Positions 19,493-31,244 of a stretch of 64,000 nucleotides of DNA are shown here, piece by piece (position 1 is the stretch's first letter; every line of letters begins with the position of its first letter). Source of the stretch: Macrostomum lignano. Taxonomy: Eukaryota. The stretch is taken from NCBI GenBank assembly GCA_002269645.1, contig NIVC01000195.1:248001-312000 (forward strand), given 5' to 3'. The position numbers and the translations under genes were made by a program. The notes below the pieces were generated by a model, which saw nothing but the letters and a program-made list of their open reading frames with translations, made no database searches and was not told where the DNA came from.

Positions 19493-22194
19493 CTTCCTCG
19501 TCGGGGCTCATGTGCCGCTACCAATCAGCCCGCTGCTGCCACCCGGAGCCGGCCGCCAGCTGGACTTGAAGCCCAAGCAAAACACGCAGCGCCAACGCCA
19601 GGGTGCTAAATTTGTAGCAGTAAAGTGCGATGCGCCCGTCGCCCCCAGCTGAGCTTGTTATTCTTTTCTATTGATATGTACACAATTGGCACACATGTAC
19701 ACTATAGATGTACATTCAGTGTGCGCAGAGCTACGTGCACTTCACTTTAGATTGTCTTTGCGCTCAAAGATGAATGCTAATTAATGTTTGAGCACATTAT
19801 TTTTGAAAGTATTCGAGTCCCCTCTTATTTGCCGTGCCCACCCCAAATGCCATTTAATCGAATTTCCTCTGCAAGCCTCGCGTCTGTACCGAAGTCGGCC
19901 ACAGGTCCTGTCGCTGTCGTGCATATTTTTATACAATGCTATTATTTGAGTTCCTTACCACCTTCCTTATTATTTGAGTTCCTTACCACCTGCTTAGCTG
20001 CTATTAACGCTATAAACGCAATGTGATGCGCTGCGGCCCGCACTGCACCTGATGCTATATGAATAAACTAATTTTTAAAACTAATTCAATTCATACATTG
20101 CCACGTACAAAACTATTTCATGTTCTCGAACACAAGACATCACAGGCACTCTGAAAGCCACACTCAGCTCTGCAGCCTCCAGTCATCATCAATTAATAGA
20201 CTGCATGGCTGGCTGCACCTGGCGGCGCTCAAGAGCCGAGCAGCAGCAACAGCAGCCGGAGGGCCCAGCCTCGAACCCCACGGAAGCCTGGGCAGGCGGG
20301 GCGGGCGGAAAGAGGCTGCTGAATTATTGAGGCAGGCAGCAGTCAGCCAAGCTCTTGGAAACAGATGCTCACCCCCCCCATCCGCCAGGCGTCTCTCGAG
20401 AGCGGCTCAGGGGGGGGGGCGCCGCCCCGCTGCGCCAATTCTTACTTTGTGAGGCGCAGGCCGGAGACCGCAGGCTGATAAGTGACTGCAGCCGGGACCG
20501 GGGGCGGCACGGGGCGGGGGGGCTGCCAGGCAGCTCGAATTCTTCGAATAAACTGCGCGCGTCCCCCCGCCGGCTCTCCCGCGGGATTTTTCTCCCATGC
20601 AACTCGAGCCGCTTCTTGCCGCTGCCCGGGCCTCCCCCCAGCTGGGCAATGAAATTGAAGCCGCCGCTGCTGCATTTTGCATGACAACCGACGGCTGACT
20701 CGAAAATCAACCGTCCTCGAACAACTCGCGTAGAGACGCGCAGGGGGGGGGCGCCTCAAGTGCAGACTTGAGCACTGCGGCTCTGCAACAGGCGGACAGG
20801 CCGGCTGGTTGGCCCAGCCATGCAAAACTCGCAGCTGGCCGGGAAAGTGGGAAGCAGAAGCGCATGGAGAGGATGATGAAGGAGCTGCCGGAGGAGGCTG
20901 GATCGGATGGGGATCGATTTTTTGGCACTGGCGCCGGACTCGCGGGGCTGGCGGGGAATATTGACACGCCGGCCGGAGTGAAGAGCCCCCTTCCCAGCAG
21001 AATAGCTGGGCTGGGGAGAATGCTCCCAGTGCTCCCAGCTGCCTACCGCGGCTTCATTAAAGCCGGCAGGCCCGCACCAGCCAAGCCGCTGGCCGATCGC
21101 ACGGGGCCGCATAGGTGAGACCGGGAGGCAGGCATGGCTGAACCAGACAGGGGAGCCGAGGGGCTGGAATCGGGAGGCCGGGGGAGCGGCTTTCTAATGA
21201 ACTGCCTAAGCCCGCCCGCGCCAGAGCGCCCGGTCCGTCCCAAATTGGGGAGCTGCAAGGCGCTGCGGGGACACAGGGGGGGGCAGTTGAAGAGATCTCC
21301 CATGCATTCTGAGCCCGGCCGAGCGAGGGGCAAATTAGGCGGCCGGGCCTGCGTGCGGAAGATGGACTGCGGGGCAGCGGGTGGATGCGGAGGATTAGCG
21401 AGCCAGCCAGGGGAAAATAGTAGGGATTGAGCAGCAGGGATTATGAGATAAGCGCGGATAAAATGGGTGCCAAACAGACCGGGGGAAGCCGGGAGGTCAG
21501 CAGCAGCCCCGCAGACTCCCAGCCGGGGGGGAAAGAAGGATCTCCCGGGCATCCGCAGCGCTGCAAAAGTGCACGCCCGGGCTGGGAGATGCAGATGCGT
21601 ATTTGAGAAGGCCGGGTGGGCCGGGCCGTGCAGCTGTCAGTCAGTGGAGCAGAGAAGAAGGGAAGGGCGCTGAGCGCCGGTCAAGGAGAATGAGTGCTCA
21701 AACCAGAGCAGTCCAGCGCCTGTTCCGCAACCAGCGATTTATCAACGGCTCTCATATGAGTTGATCAATAGTATGAGAGCGGGCCTGGGAACCCCCAATA
21801 CTCATTTTACCGCAGCCCGGAGCGCTAAAGGTCTCAGTGTGCTTCAAATTCCCTCTGCAAAAAAACAAAGTCAGAGAACGAGCTGTGTGAGCAGTGAATT
21901 AATTGACAATTAAAATGTATTGGCTGCAAAATAAATCCATAATGTACGAGCTCGTAAAATCTGCCTGAGAAAATCTAAAAACATTTAAAATATTTCTTCC
22001 ATATCTGACGTGACAAAAATTGCACAAGAAGCCTAACTGGAGAATCAGGACTAAATGATATAATTATTGATGGCATTGAAATATTGGGACGGCAGTGCCC
22101 CCCACCCCCTACAAAATTATTTGGCAGGCAATTGCCCACACTGTCCCCCACGGCTCCGCTGCGCCTGTGTAGCAGCGAGATCCTCCCCATAAAC

Positions 22195-23020
22195 TGCCGC
22201 CACCGGAATCTCCCCCTCCCTAGACTGGCAGCACCGGAATCTCCCCCTCCCTAGACTGGCGGCACCGGAATCTCCCCCATAGACTGGCACCGGCACCGGA
22301 ATCCCCCCAATAGACTGGCACCGGAATCTCCCCCCCCCCATAGACTGGCACCGGAATCCTCCCAATAGACTGGCACCGGAATCTCCCCCTCCCATAGACT
22401 GGCACCGGAATCCTCCCAATAGACTGGCACCGGAATCTCCCCCTCCCTAGACTGGCGGCACCGGAATCTCCCCTCCCTAGGACTAGCGGCACCGGAATCT
22501 CTCCCTAGACTGGCAGCACCGGAATCTCCCCCTCCCTAGACTGGCGGCACCGGAATCTCCCCCTCCCTAGACTGGCGGCACCGGAATCTCCCCCTCCCTA
22601 GACTGGCAGCACCGGAATCTCCCCCTCCCTAGACTGGCGGCACCGGAATCTCCCCCTCCCTAGACTGGCGGCACCGGAATCTCCACCTCCCTAGACTGGC
22701 GGCACCGGAATCCCCGCCTCCCTAGACTGGCGGCACCGGAATCTCCCCCATAGCCTGGCACCGGAATCTCCCTCCCATAGACTGGCACCGAAATCTGCCC
22801 CCATCTCATAGATTGGCGGCACCGGAATCTCCCCCATAGAGTGACTGCACCGGAATCTCCCCCATAGACTGGCACCGGCACCGGAATCCCCCCAATAGAC
22901 TGGCACCGGAATCTCCCCCCCCCATAGACTGGCACCGGAATCCTCCCAATAGACTGGCACCGGAATCTCCCACCCCATAGACTGGCACCGGAATCTCCCC
23001 CCCCGCCCATAGACTGGCAT
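22195..23020. repeat. ~25-30-bp minisatellite (GGCACCGGAATCTCCCCCTCCCTAGACT variants)
   Basis: About 30 variable units immediately downstream of the helicase stop codon. Confidence 0.9.
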
Positions 23021-23106
23021 CTGAATACACCTAGATTGAGATCTCCACAGGAAGCTCACTAGTCAATGGGGTGGCAAGTCTGGGTGCAGCGGCTGGCGGC
23101 CTCAGT

Positions 23107-26100
23107 TCAGCTGCCGCCTCCCTGCCTGGCGGCCAGCAGCCGAACAGCCTGCAGCAGGTTGGCCTCCCCGGCCAGCAGGTCCTGCAGCCGCTGTCTCTCC
23201 TCGGCGGAGCGGCAATACACAAGGCAGCGGCCGGCGTCCACCCGGACCCGGCCCCGAGACTGCACCAGCGCGGCTACCCGCGAAGGCGGATCGGCCAGCA
23301 CCAGCAGGTCGCAGCGGGGCAGGTCGAGGCCCTCGCAGGCGATGGGCGTGGCGACCAGCGCGTTGGCCTCGCCTCTGGCCACCGAGAACAGCAGGCGGCG
23401 CTGCTGCGCCACCGACATGCCGACGTCTCCAGCGGCGCCGTGCCCGATCAGGCAGGCCGGGCGGAGGTCGGCGAAGTCAGCAAAGGCCGAGTGAGAGGTC
23501 AGCAGATCGGTGAGGCGGCGCGCAGTGGCGCGTTCGCGCACGATCACCAGCGCCAGTCTGGCACCCCCGGTGCCGCGCAGGTCGTCGGCCAGGGCGCGCA
23601 GCACCGAGCCAGCGCCGGCAGTGGCGGCCTGGCCTTCGCGCAGGAGCTGCAGCGCATCGACAAGCGCCTCCGCGCTCTGGCGCATCTCGGCCAGCAGCTC
23701 CCGCGACAACAGCGACGACAGAGCGGCATCGTCCAGCTCGGCGACACGGGAGTCTTCGCAGACGGCCAGGCCCAAGGCGCTGCGCAGCTGCGAGGGTAGC
23801 GGCATTCACCCACTTATTCACTGAACCAATTCACCCACTTATCACCACCCGATTCACCCAATTATTCACTGCCCAATTTACACACTTATTCACTGCCCCA
23901 ATTCACCCACTTATTCACCGCCCCGATTCACCCACTTATTCACTGCCCGATTCACCCACTTATCTGCCCTAATTCACCCACTTATTCTGCCCTAATTCAC
24001 CCACTTATTCTGCCCTAATTCACCCATTTATTCACTGCCCCAATTTACCCACTTATTCACTGAACCAATTCACCCACTTATTTACTGCCCAATTCACCCA
24101 CTTATTCACTGCCCAATTCACCCACTTATTCACTGCCCCAATTCACCCACTTATTCACTGCCCAATTCACCCACTTATTCGCTCACCTCGCTCAGTCTCC
24201 GCAGCTGCTCAACCAGGAGGCGCACCGGTTGGCTGTCGGCAGTCCGTTCGGCCACCTCGTCCAGCACGCTGGCCAGATTCGGACAGTCGAGCCCTCCATT
24301 GCTCAGCAGCTGGTTCACCAGTAGGGCGGCGTCGGACGCCCCGGATGCTTCGGCAGCCTTCCGCAGGGCGGTGAGCACCACGGCGGAGTGGTTGATCAGG
24401 GCGGCCACCGCGGCCGTCTCCTCCGTCAGCGGCGGCACCAGTCGGCCAGAGATGCCCGCTCGGACAGAAAACTCGGCTAGCTGAGCCTGGGCGTCCGGCG
24501 AGCTCGGCCAGGCCAGTCTAGCGCCGCCCAGTCTGTCCAGGAGGCCGACCAGCATCTTCTGAGTGGCCGGCAGTGAGGCCTGCGAGGGCGGGCGAATTTT
24601 GATAATAAAAAATTTGGATGCCTGCAGGAAAATAGTGAGAACTTGCGGAATGCTACTATTAGTAATATAATCTTAGCTTTTGGGTTCGGGTATTTCTCAC
24701 AACTGCTTGGCTCAATAGGAGACAGGGTTTCGAGTAAAATTAGACATTGATTAACAGTCAATTGTCACTGACAGTCAATTGTCACTGACAGTCAATTGTC
24801 ACAGACAGTCAATTGTCACTGACAGTCAATTGTCACAGACAGTCAATTGTCACTGACAGTCAATTGTCACTGACAGTCAATTGTCACTGACAGTCAATTG
24901 TCACTGACAGTCAATTGTCAAAGACAGTCAATTGTCACTGACAGTCAATTGTCACTGACAGTCAATTGTCACAGACTGAACCAAGAACAATTCAAACCTG
25001 GCCGGCTGGCGAGGCGGTGAATCCCAGCAAGCGAGGCGACTCCAGCTCCGGCATGCTGAGCACTTGGCCGGCCAGCAGCGAGTACGGGTGCAGGGCGTCG
25101 CAGTGGTGCGCCTCGTCCATGGCCAGCAGGCAGGCCTGGTCCAGGCGCAGCGCCCCGGTGCGCAGGCAGTTGGCGTAGAAAGCGGCGGTGGTCACCACCA
25201 GGTCAGCTGCGGCCAGCGGCTGATCGTCAGGCAGGCTGTGCAGGTCGCCGCAGACCGCCGCCACGGCCAGCGACCGCGTCACCGTTGGGGTTGGCAGGGC
25301 TGGCGACGATGGCGGAGGCAGCGGCCGGACGAAACGGCGCATGCGAACCTGCGGGAGCAGTGGGACCCTCAGTCACTAGGCCCAGCCCTGTCACTCTGTC
25401 ACTAGGAAATAGCCCAGCCCTGTCACTCTGTCACTAGGAAATAGCCCAGCCCTGTCACTCTGTCACTAGGAAACCGCCCAGCCCTGTCACTCAGTCACTG
25501 GGAAACCGCCCAGCCCTGTCACTCAGTCACTGGGAAACCGCCCAGCCCTGTGACTCAGTCAGCAGACAACCGCCCAGCCCTGTCACTCAGTCAGCAGACA
25601 ACCGCCCAGCCCTGTCACTCAGTCAGCAGGAAACCGCCCAGCCCTGTGACTCAGTCAGCAGACAACTGCCCAGCCCTGTCACTCAGTCAGCAGGAAACCG
25701 CCCAGCCCTGTCACTCAGTCAGCAGACAACTGCCCAGCCCTGTCACTCAGTCAGCAGGAAACCGCCCAGCCCTGTCACTCAGTCAGCAGGAAACCGCCCA
25801 GTTCTCCCAGACCTGAGCCAGCTGAGCCCGCAGGAAGGCGGCCTGCTGCAGCACCAGCAGCACCTTGTCCACCAGGAACACGGCGCTACGGAGCGGATTC
25901 GCCTCCAGTGCTGCCAAAATGGCCAGGGCGGCCACCAGGGTCTTTCCCGTGCCGGTGGGCAGCACGCACAGCGCGTTGCCATGGCGACAGCAGAGACGGT
26001 ACGCCTCCAGCTGGTAAATGCGCGGCCTCAGCTGGGTCGGCCAGTCGGTCCGCGGATTGGCGACGAACTCGCACGGTGGCGCCTGTCGGTCCGGCGCCGG

Positions 26101-28981
26101 ACAGCGGACCGCCAGACGGCGCCGATGATCGCGGCCGGCCACGTGAGCCGCCACATTGTTTCCATGGAGACGGATGCCGCAAAGGTTGCACAACGAGTAG
26201 CCGTCAGGCAGCTGAACAACGGGCTGATAGCTGGCTGCGCGGTGGTACAGGGGTGTGGGCGCAACTGGTGAACAGGGTGGCCCGAGCCCTACTCAGTCCC
26301 TCCCGAGTCCCTCAGTCCCATCCGAGTCTCTACTCAGTCCCACCCGAGTCCCTCCTACACCGTGTACTCAGTCCCACCCGAGTCCCTCCTACACTGTGTA
26401 CTCAGTCCCATCCGAGTCCCTCAGTCCCATCCGAGTCTCTACTCAGTCCCACCCGAGTCCCTCCTACACTGTGTACTCAGTCCCACCCGAGTCCCTCCTA
26501 CACCGTGTACTCAGTCCCACCCGAGTCCCTCCTACACTGTGTACTCAGTCCCACCCGAGTCCCTCAGTACTCAGTAACTCTCTTGAATCCCACCTCAAGT
26601 CCATCTTAAGTTCCACTTAAGTCCCACCTGTCCCATCCGAGTCCCTCCTGAGCCTCACCTGAGAACCGTTTGAGTCCCTCTTGAGGATAATCATATTTTG
26701 CGCGTCACACGGGCTCACCAGCCTGCAAGTCCGGTTCCGGCCCAGCCCGATCGGTCGCTGCGGCTGGCTGAGCGATGCCCGAGACGCGCAGCCGCTTCAG
26801 ATGATTTTTGCCTTGCTTGTGGTTCAGCATCTGGTCTGGCGTGTTGCACTGCACATTGCACACAGTGCAGCGCAGCATGCCGTTAGCCTGGGACTCAACT
26901 AGCGGCTGGGCCTGGCCCGCCGCTTGATGGGGAACTGCGGAACCGGATAAGGCTGCGGAGGCTGCGGCGGGCAAGCCGGCGGAGGCTGTGGGGTTGAAGC
27001 CCGCGGAGGGCGAGGCTGCGGCGTTGAAGCCCGCGGAGGGCGAGGCTGCGGCGTTGAAGCCCGCGGAGGGAGAGGCTGCAGTGTTGAAGCCCGCAGTGTT
27101 GAAGCCTGCGGAGGGAGAGGCTGCAGCATTGAAGCCTGCAGTGTTGAAGCCAGCGGAGGGAGAGGCTGCAGCGTTGAAGCCTGCAGTGTTGAAGCCTGCA
27201 GTGTTGAAGCCCGCGGAGGGCGAGGTTGCAGCGTTGAAGCCTGCAGTGTTGAAGCCCGCGGAGGGCGAGGTTGCAGCGTTGAAGCCTGCAGCGTCGAAGC
27301 CTGCAGTGTTGAAGCCCGCGGAGGGGGAGGTTGCAGCGTTGAAGCCCGCGGAGGGAGAGGCTGCAGTGTTGAAGCCTGCAGTGTTGAAGCCCGCGGAGGG
27401 CAAGGTTGCAGCGTTGAAGCCTGCAGCGTCGAAGCCTGCAGTGTTGAAGCCCGCGGAGGGGGAGGTTGCAGCGTTGAAGCCCGCGGAGGGAGAGGCTGCA
27501 GTGTTGAAGCCTGCAGTGTTGAAGCCTGCGGAGGGCGAGACTGCGGAGGGAGAGGCTGCAGCGTTGAAGCCTGCAGCGTTGAAGCCTGCGGAAAGAGAGG
27601 CTGCGGCGTGAGAACGAGCGACAGTTGATGAAACGCCGACAGAGCTGGTGGCTGATGAAGATAAGCGGCTGACATCGATGCCCCAGGTAGCCAGGTTGAT
27701 TGGCGAGGCGCATTTGCCGTTCAAGTCGAAATTCAGTCCCAGCGTTGATGCACTCGTAATTGCGCTTTGTCTCTGTGAGCCTCCGCCTGCGGCAGCCGGC
27801 GCAACCGAGTCTGCAGGCCGCTGCTGGGGTGGAACTGATTGCGGCGACACTGCAGATAAAGATGAAGAAGCTGCAGATGAAGACGGGGAGGCTGCAGATG
27901 AAGACATATGTGAGGCTGTAGCTGCCGCTCTCCTGGCCTTATTCTTATGTAGCCGGCCATTCCAGTGGTCGGCCAGGTTGCTCATGCTGGTGGCGAAGGT
28001 GCCGCAGAGATTGCAGCGGTAGCGGCCCTCCGATTCAAAGTGAAACCAGGGACTGGCAAGGATCTCGCTGTGCAGCTGCGGCTGTTGGACAGGTGGCACA
28101 GGCTGGCTGGCGGGTTGCACAGTCTGGCTAGCAGATTGCACGGGCTGGCTGGCAGATTGCACGGGCTGGCTGGCAGGTTGCACGGGCTGGCTGGCAGGTT
28201 GCACGGTCTGGTTGGCAGGTTGCACGGTCTGGCTGGCAGGTTGCACGGTCTGGCTGGCGGGTTGCACAGTCTGGTTGGCAGGTTGCACGGTCTGGCTGGC
28301 ATACTGTAGTGAGGGCAGCGGCGACTGGCTGACTTGAGCGCCGGAGTGAACCGACATCAGAGAGAATTCGTCAGTTAGCGAGGCCACAGCGATCCGCGCC
28401 GAGTGGTTGGGAATCGAATTGGGAGCAGCGGCGGCGGCAGCTTCGAGGTTGGGAACCAGCGGCTGGGTGGAAGACGCGGCTTGCTGCTGCTGGTTGCCAG
28501 GCAGCACAATCGACGAACTGGTTTCGGAGGCGTCAAAAGCCAGTGAGGGAGCGCCGACGCCAGCCCTGACGACGGCATTCTTGTGCCCCCGGCCCTGGAA
28601 ATGCGAGGCCAAGTCGCTTTTGGACGTGGCGTGGATGTTGCAGAGGTCGCACCAGTACCAGACAACGCCGCCGCCGCGGTCCTCCTGCCGGACATGCTCG
28701 GCGGAATTTCTCACGTATTCGAGAGCCTCCGGCATCTTCAGCCGCCGCTGGTGCGCCTGGCCGCGGCAATGGGCCGCCAGGCTGGCCTCAGAGTTGCAGG
28801 CCACGTCGCAGATGAGGCAGCAGAAGGCCTCGCCAGCGGGCTCGGCATGCAGCGCCCGGCTGACGGCCCGCTGGTGCGGCCGGCCGCTCAGGTGGTCGGA
28901 GCGGTGAACTGCGGACGTGAAGGTCACGCCGCACAGGTCGCAGCGGTTACTGTTGACCTGATTCTGCAATCGGTACAGCAT
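23107..28981 (-). CDS. Six U1/matrin(JAZ)-type C2H2 zinc fingers fused to a Dicer/RIG-I-like DExD/H helicase, 1369 aa
   Basis: Exons (minus) 28981-26719, 26234-25813, 25348-24998, 24579-24187, 23787-23107; phases 1,0,0,0; 4110 nt. Fingers of the form C-x2-C-x11/12-H-x2-G-x2-H (x6). Helicase motifs YQLE, LPTGTGKT, MDEAHH, LLGFTASP, LIGHG, LVATPIACEGLDLPRC and LVQSRGRVR; TGA after a short helix. Confidence 0.8.
23805..24180. repeat. ~23-bp intronic minisatellite (AATTCACCCACTTATTCACTGCCC)
   Basis: Fills almost all of helicase intron 4. Confidence 0.9.
24757..24975. repeat. 17-bp intronic minisatellite (GACAGTCAATTGTCACT), ~13 copies
   Basis: In helicase intron 3; the unit contains CAATTG and TGAC-A-GTCA palindromes. 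Confidence 0.9.
25372..25800. repeat. 32-bp intronic minisatellite (CCCAGCCCTGTCACTCAGTCAGCAGGAAACCG)
   Basis: Fills helicase intron 2, with gradual variant drift along the array. Confidence 0.9.
26285..26570. repeat. Variable intronic minisatellite (CTCAGTCCCACCCGAGTCCCTCCTACAC...)
   Basis: In helicase intron 1. Confidence 0.8.
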
Positions 28982-29215
28982 GCGGGCTTTATAAAACTAG
29001 CTTGCCTGGTAGCACCTCAAGGACCATTTGGAGTAGAAGACCGAGTGCGATTAGGAGTAGCAAGGGCTGAACTTCATTTCCAAGAAAATTATTGGGGACA
29101 GGCTTTTCTGAGCCCCAAAAATATGTTTTCTAAAAGCTAGAATATACAATTTTCAAAGCCAGTTTCCAAACGTTTAAAAAACAAATCATATGGCTCTGCA
29201 TTTACTCGTAAGAGC

Positions 29216-29580
29216 CATTGATCTTCTATTCCTAGTGGTCCTTGATCTTCTATTCCTAGTGGTCCTTGATATTCTATTCCTAGTGGTCCTTGATATTTTA
29301 TTCCTAGTGGTCCTTGATATTTTATTCCTAGTGGTCCTTGATCTTCTATTCCTAGTGGTCCTTGATCTTCTATTCCTAGTGGTCCTTGATCTTCTATTCC
29401 TAGTGGTCCTTGATCTTCTATTCCTAGTGGTCCTTGATCTTCTATTCCTAGTGGTCCTTGATATTCTATTCCTAGTGGTCCTTGATATTCTATTCCTAGT
29501 GGTCCTTGATCTTCTATTCCTAGTGGTCCTTGATCTTCTATTCCTAGTGGTCCTTGATCTTCTACTCCTAGTGGTCCTTG
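29216..29580. repeat. 24-bp minisatellite (TTGATCTTCTATTCCTAGTGGTCC), ~15 copies
   Basis: Explains the spurious LDLLFLVV ORF 29190-29615. Confidence 0.9.
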
Positions 29581-30192
29581 AGACGGGGCCAGACAGTGGC
29601 AGGCTGATTAGATAGTAAATATTTTCCAGTCCATTAACTTGCTAGATCGCCCTCCACGGATTACAGTCCTTGCTGAATCAGCCCTGCCAATGTACGCTGC
29701 CGGGGCGCATGGGGTGGCTGTGCGGACCGGCCAGCTCCCCAGATGCAAAGTACAGTGTGTGCGTACAGAGTGGCTAATCTGGCCTGCCCAATTGGAATAA
29801 ATCAAGTAGCAGCAGAAAGGCAAATATTTTCTGACTGAATTGGCCGGCAAAAATAGGAGAAGCGAATCGCGCGGCCTGATTACGGACACAATGTACTTTA
29901 TAAAGTTACGGCAGAACAGAGTACAAAAATAGTTCAGCTGTAAGCGAAATGATAGAATATTTTAGACTACCCATTATTATCACAAAGCAAACAAATTACA
30001 TTATATGGAACTATTAATTTTGGCAACACACTAAGAATGTCAATCATTAATAAATTAAACTAAATGTCAATAAGAGACAAGCATATAAAATTAGGAATAC
30101 TTAACAGAGCAAACTAGAGCACCATGCGACAATGGGTTGCTTTTTAAAAGAGCAAAGTTACACAATGTGCTGACTGTTCAACTCCGGCCAGC

Positions 30193-30797
30193 CTAACTGG
30201 CAGCCACATAGAAGTAGTTGTAGTTCAGCCTGTAGATGAGGTTCATCAGGTTGAGACGCTGATTCGAGCAGTGCTCAGCGATGGCCTCAATCAGCTGTTT
30301 GAGCAGGCCGCTGAAGTTAGCCGAGAAAGTCTCCACGGTGGCGGCGAGGTCGGCGGACTCAGCGGAGCCACCGTGCCTGGCGATGCAGTTGCAGAAGGTG
30401 ACGCAGACGGCCAGCAGTTTGTACAGCAGCTTGAGCAGGTCCGGCTGCTGCAGCATGCAGTCCGACAGGCAGGAGGTCAGCATGTGCGAGTGCCGCTCGA
30501 TCAGCTCGTCCAGGTTTCCCACCCTGCAAGCGTTGATAAATTTAAATGCTTCAATCAGAGCCTGACCGTCTGCTTTCCTAGAAATCTTGGCTGTTTGGGC
30601 ACCAGTTTGAATTTCTGGGCACAGGACAAGACAAAGATGGGAATGAAGGCCAATCCAAGCAAGACACATGAGCCAGGGGAACTGAAAGCGCATGCCTAAG
30701 ATGGATGCTCATCCGCTGAATAATCAATAATCAAGAGTCACGAGTCTGCTGGAACCTAAAGATCGCTAGCTGTGTAGGTCTGGCAATACAGAAAAAA

Positions 30798-30832
<35 letters not shown>

Positions 30833-30845
30833 GGCAGACAGACAT

Positions 30846-30896
<51 letters not shown>

Positions 30897-31207
30897 TACA
30901 GACAGACAGACAGACAGGCAGACAGACAGGCAGGCAGACATACAGACAGACAGACAGGCAGACAGACAGACAGGCAGGCAGACATACAGACAGACAGACA
31001 GGCAGACATACAGACAGGCAGACAGACAGACAGGCAGACAGACAGGCAGACAGACAGACAGACAGGCAGACAGGCAGACAGGCAGACAGGCAGACAGACA
31101 GGCAGACAGACAGATAGGCAGACAGGCAGACAGGCAGACAGACAGGCAGACAGGCAGACAGACAGGCAGACAGACAGGCAGACAGACATACAGACAGACA
31201 GACATCC

Positions 31208-31244
<37 letters not shown>

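Noticed and set aside
20369-20710. GGPGSGK P-loop-like string in a minus-strand ORF
   Set aside because: No Walker B or hydrophobic strand context and no supporting exons; likely chance in GC-rich DNA.
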